Shown: positions 9,413 to 19,439 of the stretch, piece by piece
Numbering within the stretch: the stretch's first letter is position 1
Layout: every line of letters begins with the position of its first letter
Source of the DNA: Dehalococcoidia bacterium
GTDB lineage: Bacteria; Chloroflexota; Dehalococcoidia; Plut-88900
Reading direction: 5' to 3'
Length of the DNA stretch: 64,000 nucleotides
NCBI GenBank assembly: GCA_965197645.1
Contig: OZ240219.1
Coordinates: forward strand, 1,792,001 to 1,856,000
Notes under the pieces: model-generated
Databases searched by the model: none
What the model was told of the DNA's origin: nothing
The model's input: the letters and a program-made list of their open reading frames with translations, nothing else
Program-made: the position numbers and the translations under genes

Positions 9413-9940
9413 TTGGAGAGTGTGTTTCTGCAACTTTTCACTCTTTCACCGACCGTGTGTTTGCTCTATTGGAGGGTGTTTCTGCAATACGAGGAACAAG
9501 GCCACGGCTTCGCAAGCGTGCGGGCGTACGCCGAGCGGCTGGGTGGACGCCTCATCGTCGAGCCCACGGGATCGGTCGGGGGCGCCAGCGTGACCGGAGC
9601 GACCCGCTACCTTCAGACGATGGCCGGGATAGACCAAGTCCTGGGCATGATGAAGAGCGCGGCGGCGGGCGAGGGGCGTCTGCCGACAGAGGTGGTGAAG
9701 CGGGTCTTCGACAGGATACGGAGCGGGGCGAGAGCGAAGGACGTCCACCTGACCCAGAGGGAGAAGGAGATATTCGTGTCGTTCTGCCGGGGCATGTCGT
9801 ACGTTGCGATTGCGCAGGCAAGGGAAGTCAAGGTGGTCACCATCCGAAACGCCATCTACACCATTCAGGTGAAGCTGGGCGTCGACTCGAAGCAGGAGAT
9901 CGTGGTGTGGGCCTCGCAGAACGGGCTCCTGGATGACTAG
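9413..9940 (+). pseudogene. Chimeric remnant: histidine-kinase HATPase C-terminus fused to a NarL/LuxR response-regulator C-terminus
   Basis: GHGFASVRAYAERLGGRLIVEP..GGASVT (HATPase tail) joined to GATRYLQ...LTQREKEIF..GMSYVAIA..VTIRN..IQVKLGVDSKQEIVVWA (LuxR HTH); receiver Asp region absent. Confidence 0.65.
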
Positions 9941-10209
9941 CGACAGAGACTGCTTCGCCGACTCGCAGCCGGTGCGCACTGCGGCGAAGCAGTTCCGGCG
10001 CCGGCTGGGGAGGACGCCGACCATCTCGCCTACACCCTCACCGAGCCCCGCTTCGGCTGCCGGATGGGAAGGGGGAGAGGCCGTGTCCTGAGAGGGATTG
10101 AGGAAGCGCCAACCACGAGGCCCCGTGAAGTGTCATTGTAGTCAGCTAACACTCAGCCCCACCGCCCATGTGTACCTGAGTTTTTGGTGTCGATTGGATA
10201 ACTGATAAG

Positions 10210-11460
<1,251 letters not shown>

Positions 11461-11504
11461 AAGATATCAAATAGGGTTGAGGATATCAATCTATGATAGA
11501 TCGA

Positions 11505-12383
11505 TTATGCGCCTCGCAGCGCCTTCTGCAACGTGGCGCCGATCTCCGCTGGGCTGGGTACTATATGGGCCCCCGCGGCCCTTAGAGTCTCCACCTTGGC
11601 CTGAGCCGTAGCCGCCGCGCCGGTGATAATGGCGCCCGCATGCCCCATCCGACGGCCGGGAGGCGCCGTCGCTCCCCCGATGAAGGCGGCTATAGGCTTG
11701 GTCATGTTAGCTTCGATGTACCCTGCCGCTTCCTGCTCCCGAGTGCCCCCAATCTCGCCGATCATGACCACTGCCTCGGTGTCTTCGTCCTCTTCAAACA
11801 TGGACAAGACCTTCACGAAATCGCTGCCGATGATGGGGTCGCCACCGATCCCCAGGCAGGAAGACTGACCGATGCCCAGCTCAGTAAGCTGGGCCACCGC
11901 CTCGTAGGTCAGGGTGCCGCTTCGGGAGACGATACCCACCTTCCCCGCCTTGTGTATATCACCGGGCATGATACCAACCTTCGCCTTGCTGCCCGGCGAG
12001 ATCACCCCCGGGCAGTTCGGGCCGATGAGTATCGATTCGTGTTCGCCGAGATAGTGGGCCACGGAGACCATATCCTTTACCGGAATACCTTCGGTGATAC
12101 ATACGATCAGTGGCACACCCGTTTCGGCGGACTCAAGGATGGCATCGGCAGCGAAGGGCGCCGGAACGAATATCAGGGCCACGTTGGCACGGGTCTCATC
12201 CACAGCCTGCCGTACCGAGTTGTACACAGGCACCCCCTCCACGTCCGCTCCACCTTTGCCAGGTGTCACGCCGGCGACCAGGTTGGTCCCGTAGTCTCGA
12301 CATCGCATGGCGTGGAAGCCGCCGTCCCTGCCGGTGATGCCTTGAACAAGCAATCGAGTATTTTCGTCTACCAGGATACTCAT
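11505..12383 (-). CDS. sucD: Succinyl-CoA synthetase alpha subunit
   Basis: [38 protein letters not shown] (phospho-His). Confidence 0.97.
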   Translation of the reverse strand: MSILVDENTRLLVQGITGRDGGFHAMRCRDYGTNLVAGVTPGKGGADVEGVPVYNSVRQAVDETRANVALIFVPAPFAADAILESAETGVPLIVCITEGIPVKDMVSVAHYLGEHESILIGPNCPGVISPGSKAKVGIMPGDIHKAGKVGIVSRSGTLTYEAVAQLTELGIGQSSCLGIGGDPIIGSDFVKVLSMFEEDEDTEAVVMIGEIGGTREQEAAGYIEANMTKPIAAFIGGATAPPGRRMGHAGAIITGAAATAQAKVETLRAAGAHIVPSPAEIGATLQKALRGA

Positions 12384-12395
12384 CCGATGGCCCTT

Positions 12396-13559
12396 TTACC
12401 TGCCGCCGGAAAGGGATACCACCTTTTCGGCGGCCCCCTTCAGGTCCGATACAAAGGTTATATTAAGTCTCGATTCTTCGAGAATCTGCCGCCCCTCGTC
12501 CACGTTGGTGCCCCGCATGCGTACCACCACCGGGATCTCCACCTCGATCTCACTGGCGGCGGACACGATCCCCCTGGCCGCTATATCGCAGCGAAGTATT
12601 CCCCCGAAGATGTTTACCAGTACCCGCTTCACCTTGGGGTCGGCCACCAGCAGCTTGAACGCTTGAGCGATCTTCTCCTCGTTGGCGCCGCCGCCCACGT
12701 CCAGAAAGTTGGCCGGCTCGGCGCCCATGTACTTGATGATATCCATGGTGGCCATCGCTAGCCCGGCCCCATTCACCATGCAGCCGACGTCACCGTCCAG
12801 TTTGACATAGTTAATGTCGTACTTGCTTGCCTCTACGTCCAGCGGGTCCTCCTGCGACGCGTCCCTAAGCTCCTGAACGTCTTTGTGACGGAACAGGGCG
12901 TCATCATCGAAGTCCAGCTTCGCATCCACGGCCAGCAGGCCTCCCTCTTCAGTAACGACGAGCGGGTTGATCTCCACCAGGCTGCAGTTCTTGTCCGCCA
13001 TCAGCTTGTACAGGCCGGAGATCAGGGCGACGGCAGGTCTTATCTGGGCCTCGCTCAGCCCCATGCCGTACGCCAGCCTCCTGCCCTGAAACGGCTGCAA
13101 CCCGATTACGGGGTCGACGTATTCTCGGAGGATCTTCTCGGGTGTCGACGCTGCAACCTCCTCGATGTCCATTCCGCCCACCTGGCTGGTCATAATCACC
13201 GGCTTCTGGGCCGAACCGTCGATAACGATTCCAATATACAGCTCCCGCTCTCCCGCGGCTGCCTTCTCCACCAGTACCGTGCCCACCGGCACGCCCTCTG
13301 CCGAAGTCTGATGTGTGACCAACCGGCTGCCCAACAGATCACCGGCCGCCTGCTCAGCCTCTTCCGGTGAGCTCACCACCTTGATTCCGCCGGCCTTGCC
13401 TCTGCCGCCGGCATGGACCTGGGCCTTGACCACCACCTTGCCCCCTAGCTCCCGTGCCGCTTCTCCCGCCTCGGAGGCTGTGGTGACCGGCCTCCCCTCG
13501 GGTACCGGAATCCGGTATCCGGCCATGATTTCCTTGGCCTGGTATTCGTGGATCTTCAT
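12396..13559 (-). CDS. sucC: Succinyl-CoA synthetase beta subunit
   Basis: MKIHEYQAK start (ATG at 13559), KAQVHAGGRGKAGG, EINPL, NGAGLAM, NFLDVGGGA, NIFGGI. Confidence 0.97.
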   Translation of the reverse strand: MKIHEYQAKEIMAGYRIPVPEGRPVTTASEAGEAARELGGKVVVKAQVHAGGRGKAGGIKVVSSPEEAEQAAGDLLGSRLVTHQTSAEGVPVGTVLVEKAAAGERELYIGIVIDGSAQKPVIMTSQVGGMDIEEVAASTPEKILREYVDPVIGLQPFQGRRLAYGMGLSEAQIRPAVALISGLYKLMADKNCSLVEINPLVVTEEGGLLAVDAKLDFDDDALFRHKDVQELRDASQEDPLDVEASKYDINYVKLDGDVGCMVNGAGLAMATMDIIKYMGAEPANFLDVGGGANEEKIAQAFKLLVADPKVKRVLVNIFGGILRCDIAARGIVSAASEIEVEIPVVVRMRGTNVDEGRQILEESRLNITFVSDLKGAAEKVVSLSGGR

Positions 13560-13664
13560 TGGTGTTCCTGCTCCAAGTACCGATGGTTTGACGCCCGTCA
13601 TCGGTCTCAAAACCATCAGGGATGTGCATGATAGCTTAACGAGATTTGCGCTGTCCACCTTTCC

Positions 13665-14873
13665 TCATGCCGGATGGGGCACACGAGGGTCCCGGAGCGA
13701 TAGGGTTGTGATTGCCGCTACAATCGACAGTGCGAAGGCCATGACAAAGGCCCATTGATAGCTCCCAAAGCTATCGAACACCACGCCACCCACGTACGCC
13801 CCCAGGCCGCCGGACATCTGATGGACCATGTTGATAATGCCGGTCAGAGCGCCCAGCTGGCCGATACCGTAGAACCGAGCTATGAACACCGGCGTGAGAG
13901 GGGCGGTCATGAGGAACGTGAACCCGTACAGTAGGGCGAAGGCGAGAATCGCAGGCGTGGATGTCGAGATTATCACCAGCGAAAAGATGCCTGTTCGAAG
14001 CAGAAAGCACATCATCGTTGGCCGGCTCGGCCCGAAGGTGTCGGACAGATAGCCTGAGAGCAGAACCCCGATCAGCCCCATCACTCCCATCAACGCCAGC
14101 AGGTTGCCCGCCAGTACCGGTCCAATCCCTTCGTCCGTGGCGAAGGCTACGACGTGGGTGCCCACCAGCCAGTCTTGAAACCCGCATATGGAAAACATGA
14201 TGAACATACTGATGAACTTGGGAGAGGATAGGACCGGCCCTATGGAACTTTCTTTCTCACGCTCCATCGACATCGGCGCCGGTTTGCTTCCCGATGGCGC
14301 GGGGCGAACGAGAAACAGGATCAACGGCAACGTCGCACCGATTACCGCCAGCGCGAATATCCGGTATGCCCAGCGCCAACCTAGGTCCAGCAGCAGAGAA
14401 GAGAGCAATGAGATCATTACCAGCTGTCCCACGGCTCCGCCGGCTATCGCTACGCTGTTCGCCATACCCCGACCGTTCCGGTGCCATAGGCTGACCATGA
14501 CGCCTACGGGAGAGATCGAGGTGCCCCCGTTTCCCATAGCGAACATGCCGCCATACAGCAGGAAGAGCTGCCACTTCTGGTCCACCGAACCCACCAGTCC
14601 CAACCCGACCGAGGCAAGAACGGTTGTGGCCAACAACGTCGCCCGGAAACCGTACTTATCCGCCAGCTGGCCCACTACAGGCATGGTCACCGAGGACACG
14701 ATCATGAACATCGTAGCGGCCAGTGAAAGCGACCCTCGGCTCCAGCGCAGGTCCTCCTCCATGGGCTTGAGCAGTACGCTGAAGGCAAACCGAGACCCGT
14801 TGTTGAAGAAGAGTAAGACGCAGGCCGTGATCAATATGACCCGGCTGTACCTGTTTCTAAACCACTGGAGCAT
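13665..14873 (-). CDS. MFS transporter (MCT/OFA-like)
   Basis: About 12 hydrophobic helices; motif A GQLADKYGFR and GYLSDTFGP. Confidence 0.9.
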   Translation of the reverse strand: MLQWFRNRYSRVILITACVLLFFNNGSRFAFSVLLKPMEEDLRWSRGSLSLAATMFMIVSSVTMPVVGQLADKYGFRATLLATTVLASVGLGLVGSVDQKWQLFLLYGGMFAMGNGGTSISPVGVMVSLWHRNGRGMANSVAIAGGAVGQLVMISLLSSLLLDLGWRWAYRIFALAVIGATLPLILFLVRPAPSGSKPAPMSMEREKESSIGPVLSSPKFISMFIMFSICGFQDWLVGTHVVAFATDEGIGPVLAGNLLALMGVMGLIGVLLSGYLSDTFGPSRPTMMCFLLRTGIFSLVIISTSTPAILAFALLYGFTFLMTAPLTPVFIARFYGIGQLGALTGIINMVHQMSGGLGAYVGGVVFDSFGSYQWAFVMAFALSIVAAITTLSLRDPRVPHPA

Positions 14874-15186
14874 GGTGAAATTCGTACCGGCGATAAGCGG
14901 CCTCGGGGACCGGGCCGGAGAGGGTAACGATTCCCGGCACTACGGGCGATCGGTTCCGTAAACGTGACTTGCCCGGCAGGCGAGGACGGGTCGTTCGATG
15001 CGAAAACCGGACCGGCGCGACCTATGATAGCACCGAGACTCCCGCCCTGCGACCACATCGGCCGGAAGGGTAAACTCTCACTCCAATCTGACGCCCTGCG
15101 TCCCCTTTCTCCCAGGTTCCCGGCGGGGATTGACACGCTCTAAAGCTGGGCTTACGCTTTCGCCTGTCTAAGCGTCGTAAGCGTGG

Positions 15187-16428
15187 GTGCGGCCTTTACC
15201 GTTCCATCCGGAGAGCATGGTGCGACCCCTCGAAGGCTTGAAGGTAGTAGAACTGAGTCTCTGGTTCGCAGGTCCCGCCGCCGGAATGCTGCTGGGAGAG
15301 TGCGGCGCCGATGTCATCAAGGTCGAGCCCCTGGATGGCGGCGATCCCCTTCGCGGCCTCTCCGTGGAGGAGCGCCACGGGCATCCGTCCGAAATCAACT
15401 ATCTCCTCGAGTTGGTCAACCGCAACAAGCGGAGCGTGGCTGTCGATCTGCGTCAAGACGAAGGGCGGGACGTCATCGACAGATTGGTCAAGGACGCGGA
15501 TATCTTCGTTACCAACCTCAGGCCCGGCGCCTTGGACCGCCTCAGGATGACCACCGAGCGGCTTACCCAGCTCAATCCACGCCTCATATACGGCCTGCTC
15601 ACCGCTTTCGGGCCTGAAGGCCCAGATCGGGACAAGGGGGGCTTCGATGAAGTCGGGTTCTGGGCCAGGGGCGGATTCCTCTCGTTCATGGGAGAACCCG
15701 ATGCTCCACCCACTCAACTGCACGGCGCCATGGGCGACCTCACCACCGCCATGTGTCTTGTCGCAGGAATCTCCATGGCCCTGCTCGTTCGTGGCCAAAC
15801 GGGTAAGGGGCAGGTGGTGGACTCCTCTCTGCTGTCAGCTGGCATGTGGGTGTCCGGGTTCGATCTACAGACCACCCTGTTCACCGGTGACGACCCCATC
15901 CGGCAGGCCAGATCCCAAGCTTACAGCCCTCTATACAATATATACATGTGTGGCGATGGTCGGTGGGTGCAGTTCTCAATGCCCCAGACCGATCGTTTCT
16001 GGGGCCCCGTTTGCCGGGCCCTGGAGATGCCGAACATGGAACACGACGATCGATACGACAGCCAGCAAAAGCTGATGAGCAGAAAGCAGGAGGTGGTGTC
16101 TCTGTTTGATCAGGCCTTCGCCCGCCGTCCGCTGAAAGAGTGGGCCACCCGGTTCGATCAGGAACAGCTCATCTGGGCCCACGATGCCAGGCTCTCCGAG
16201 GTGATCGCAGACCCCCAGGTGGCGGCCAACCGCTACCTGGCCCAGGTGCCCCACCCATCCCTCGGTGACCTGAAGGAGGTTGGGGTCCCGTTCCGCCTGA
16301 GAGAAACGCCTCCCCAGTCCAGCGGACCGGCCCCCGAGTGGGGCGAGCACACCGAGGAGGTGCTCGGGAGTGCAGGCTACTCCTGGGATGAAATCATCGC
16401 TTTGAAGGACCGAAAAGTGATCTACTGA
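15187..16428 (+). CDS. Class III (CaiB/BaiF) CoA-transferase
   Basis: PLEGLKVVELS, AGP, GADVIKVEP, NRNKRSVAVDL, TNLRPG, catalytic GD; start may be the ATG at 15217. Confidence 0.92.
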   Translation: MRPLPFHPESMVRPLEGLKVVELSLWFAGPAAGMLLGECGADVIKVEPLDGGDPLRGLSVEERHGHPSEINYLLELVNRNKRSVAVDLRQDEGRDVIDRLVKDADIFVTNLRPGALDRLRMTTERLTQLNPRLIYGLLTAFGPEGPDRDKGGFDEVGFWARGGFLSFMGEPDAPPTQLHGAMGDLTTAMCLVAGISMALLVRGQTGKGQVVDSSLLSAGMWVSGFDLQTTLFTGDDPIRQARSQAYSPLYNIYMCGDGRWVQFSMPQTDRFWGPVCRALEMPNMEHDDRYDSQQKLMSRKQEVVSLFDQAFARRPLKEWATRFDQEQLIWAHDARLSEVIADPQVAANRYLAQVPHPSLGDLKEVGVPFRLRETPPQSSGPAPEWGEHTEEVLGSAGYSWDEIIALKDRKVIY

Positions 16429-16460
16429 GGACCACCTAGCAATCGTAGAGGAGCTATTTC

Positions 16461-17240
16461 ATGCAGTTCGAAACGATACTGTACCAGTTGAACGACGACG
16501 GTATTCTGTGGATTCGCCTCAACCGTCCGGAGGTGCTCAACGCGGTGAATGACACCCTGGCCCGAGAGCTGCGGGATGCCGCCGGTGCCGCCGCCGCCGA
16601 TCCCAACGTCAAGATCGTAATCCTCACCGGTGTGGGCAGGGCTTTCTGCGCCGGCGCCGACCTCAAAGAGGCCTCGAGACGCTCCTCCGAGGATGGGGAG
16701 GGCGGCAACGCGGACCACCTGCAGGAATTCGCCCAGATTTTCCGAAACATGCGGAAGGTCGCCATCGCCGCTGTGAACGGCTACGCGCTGGGCGCCGGCT
16801 GCGAGTTCGTCCTCGACTGTGACATGGCCGTCGCCTCGGAAACCGCCAAGCTGGGCTTTCCTGAGACGGGCGTGGGCGCCACGGTCACTGGTGCAGGCAC
16901 CCATCTACTGCCTCAGCAGCTGGGCCTCGCCAAGGCCAAAGAGCTGATCTTCCTGGGAGAACACATACCCGCCCAGGAGGCGGAGCGTTTGGGCCTGGTC
17001 AACCGTGTAGTTGCGGCCGACCAGCTGGAAGATGCGGCCACCGAACTGGCCCGGGGCGTCTTGGAGAAGTCTGCCACCGCCATTGCCCTCGCCAAAGCCT
17101 GTCTAAACGTTGGCGCCGAGTCCACTTTCAGCACCGCCATCACCTACGAAAGGGACGCAGGACTGGCCGCAGGAGCCACTGGCGACATGGCCACCGCCGG
17201 TCAGGCTTTCAAGGAGAAACGAAGGCACACCTTCAACTGA
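16461..17240 (+). CDS. Enoyl-CoA hydratase/isomerase
   Basis: LNRPEVLNA, AFCAGADL, AVNGYALGAGCE, FPE. Confidence 0.93.
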   Translation: MQFETILYQLNDDGILWIRLNRPEVLNAVNDTLARELRDAAGAAAADPNVKIVILTGVGRAFCAGADLKEASRRSSEDGEGGNADHLQEFAQIFRNMRKVAIAAVNGYALGAGCEFVLDCDMAVASETAKLGFPETGVGATVTGAGTHLLPQQLGLAKAKELIFLGEHIPAQEAERLGLVNRVVAADQLEDAATELARGVLEKSATAIALAKACLNVGAESTFSTAITYERDAGLAAGATGDMATAGQAFKEKRRHTFN

Positions 17241-17285
17241 TCCCGGATGCGTAAGGAGGGTGTGATCTCCAGAAGGGCCGATGTC

Positions 17286-17894
17286 TTAAGTAAGGCGTCG
17301 ATGCTTGAGGAAAGCGCGGCCTCGAGGCGACAGCTCATAGCCGACCTCGTGACTAGTCGTTAGCCCCAGGTTCTTCAGCTTCCGAACATCCGCTTTGAAC
17401 GATTTCGTATCTCGTCCCGTCTGCGCTGCAAGCTTCGATGCGGCAACCTGGGGCTGTCGGCCGATCAATGTCAACGTCTCAACGGTCCACGGGCCGTGGC
17501 TGCTGCGGCTGTCCATACGCCCAAGCTGCGTTGACAGCCGGTCCAACTCTTCTGGGGACAACTCGGTATCACAGGCAAGTACTCGGCGCGGGTCCGGCTC
17601 TGTGCAGTAGCGGAAAGCGACCCGATAAACAGTATCGTCCTCCTTCAGCGGTCCACTCGACCTTTGGCTGAGCTCCTCTACCAGCTCTAGGAGGTCAGAG
17701 AAACCACAGAGACGGGCTTGGTCCTCGGTAATCGTCTCCAGCCCAACCTCGTCAACCGAGTTGATCATCACCACGCCTTCGGGGTCGAGACGGTACCTGC
17801 CGCCGACCTTTACCCTGGGACTGCTCCACCTGCGGAACGTTAGGCTAACAGCGCCATCGATGATTCCCGCATGGAATATCTGTTTGAAGATCAC
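17286..17894 (-). CDS. ASCH-like domain + winged-HTH protein
   Basis: G.VSLTFRRW...VKVGG.Y N-terminus; FKADVRKLKNLGLTTSHEVGYELSPRG C-terminus. Confidence 0.75.
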   Translation of the reverse strand: MIFKQIFHAGIIDGAVSLTFRRWSSPRVKVGGRYRLDPEGVVMINSVDEVGLETITEDQARLCGFSDLLELVEELSQRSSGPLKEDDTVYRVAFRYCTEPDPRRVLACDTELSPEELDRLSTQLGRMDSRSSHGPWTVETLTLIGRQPQVAASKLAAQTGRDTKSFKADVRKLKNLGLTTSHEVGYELSPRGRAFLKHRRLT

Positions 17895-18050
17895 CGCGCA
17901 CCTATTCTAACCACAGGGGTTCTAACCGCTCAGGACGGGCACGTGCACCAGTAGTGATCTATCAGGATGGGCGAGTACTTGGCGCGGGGACACCAGAAGA
18001 GACCATAAAGCTTTCAGAATGGGCCCACGCCTCAACGAAGGGGTCCTGGG

Positions 18051-18431
18051 CTAGGAGGCGCCCTCCCACCGATCGATGCCCGTGCCGCTGGTTATCGCTT
18101 CCTTCATGGGATCAAACCGATCGGAGGCGTCGGCGTATCCGGTCAGTTCATACACGATTAAGGGGCGGTTTGGTTGCCGGCAAAACATCTCTATGCAGTA
18201 TGCCGCACCGACCTTTTGAGAGACCCCAAAGGAGATATCGTCGAAGCTGACGTTCTTCTTGGAACCGAACAGCACCATTTTCTTATCCGCCACGGTCAGC
18301 CGTTGCTGGGACTTATCGAAAACGTAGTCCCTTGACGAAAGAAGACCGCCGGGTGGGGTAACCGTGACCTTCTCTCCGCTCACCACGCACTTCGCGAAAG
18401 GCTCCTCGATTCGCAAAGACTCACTGGCCAT
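18051..18431 (-). CDS. Hypothetical protein (beta-rich)
   Basis: 126-aa ORF with RBS GGAGG and protein-like composition. Confidence 0.55.
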   Translation of the reverse strand: MASESLRIEEPFAKCVVSGEKVTVTPPGGLLSSRDYVFDKSQQRLTVADKKMVLFGSKKNVSFDDISFGVSQKVGAAYCIEMFCRQPNRPLIVYELTGYADASDRFDPMKEAITSGTGIDRWEGAS

Positions 18432-18786
18432 AACCGCCCTCCCTTCAAGTTCAACCTTCCTGACCTCAGAGTGAATCTCGATTTAGGGTGGGATTGCTGA
18501 GGGATGTTCCCTAATTCTATCATTGGTAGCAAGCGTCCCAACTCCGTGGCCTCCGGCCCTGCGATGGCTGAGACGGGACCAGCTTCGTCATCGAGGGAAA
18601 GAGACCCTCCGCATTTCCTCGATGGGGGTTTAGGGAGAAGATGTATACTCTCCCCACCCCCAGGCACTGATCCGATGTGGGGTACTCCCGTGAGTGCCCG
18701 ACGTCGAGGGCAGTCAAGTTTCCGTCCGCACTAGGTCGGTTTACACACCCGCCCCGGGGGGCTGGTTTTAGAAAAGGCCCTCCGAT

Positions 18787-18929
18787 GAGCCTGTCTCAGA
18801 ACCCTGCTTTGAGGGAGTCCAGAGGGAAATTTCCCTCTGGCAGGGGGCCTGGGGAATGTTCCCCCAGCTACAAAACCTTCCGAGGGCGGGCGGTTGGGGC
18901 TAAGACGTCCGTACTTTTGAGACAAGCTC
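18787..18929. mobile_element. MITE with IS1182/IS5-like terminal inverted repeats
   Basis: TIR GAGCCTGTCTCAGAA (18787-18801) / TTTTGAGACAAGCTC (18915-18929); 4-bp direct repeat CGAT on both sides; internal hairpins CCAGAGGGAAA/TTTCCCTCTGG and CTGGGG/CCCCAG. Confidence 0.75.
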
Positions 18930-18970
18930 CGATATGGCAGTGGCGCGGAGACTTCGATTAATCGGGGGCA

Positions 18971-19297
18971 TTACCCTTGAAAGGGCAGTTGAGGTGCGCC
19001 CAATCCGGACCCCTTGCAGACCTCCTGGTACCACTTACCGGAGCTGGGCTCTCTGAAAATTGTTAGATCGAAACCGTTCTGCAACGCCACCTTGTAGTAG
19101 GTCTTGGGCTGGGCTTGCGGTTCCCACCACTCATCATCGGCGCGCCAGCAGTCCAGAATTGTCACTACCCCTACCCACCTGCCCAGTCTGACTGCAGATG
19201 GGTTCCCCTGATAATCGGTGACGACCTTCACGGGGACCGATACAGTCGGCAGTCCTACTGCACTGGGCGCCTGTGATTCTTGAACACTTTGAAGCAT
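18971..19297 (-). CDS. DUF6504-like small protein (resembles the ImuB C-terminal domain), second copy
   Basis: LDCWRADDEWW...KTYYKVALQNG..LTIFRE...KWY; RBS GGAGG; own LexA-boxed promoter. Confidence 0.75.
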   Translation of the reverse strand: MLQSVQESQAPSAVGLPTVSVPVKVVTDYQGNPSAVRLGRWVGVVTILDCWRADDEWWEPQAQPKTYYKVALQNGFDLTIFREPSSGKWYQEVCKGSGLGAPQLPFQG

Positions 19298-19342
19298 GGG
19301 CCACCTCCATAGCGGTGCTTCTCTTTGATCGGCCGCTGAACA

Positions 19343-19381
19343 GAACGAAAGTACTATAAAGCACTAATGTTCTATTGTCAA
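19343..19381 (-). promoter_or_regulatory. Sigma70 promoter overlapped by two LexA (GAAC-N4-GTTC-type) boxes
   Basis: Minus strand TTGACA-17bp-TATAGT; boxes GAAC-ATTA-GTGC (19361-19372) and GTAC-TTTC-GTTC (19343-19354). Confidence 0.8.
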
Positions 19382-19439
19382 GCCCTTGCGAAATAGCCTT
19401 GCTCAGGCGGCTACTGACTTTATGGAGGTAGCTGTTCCC

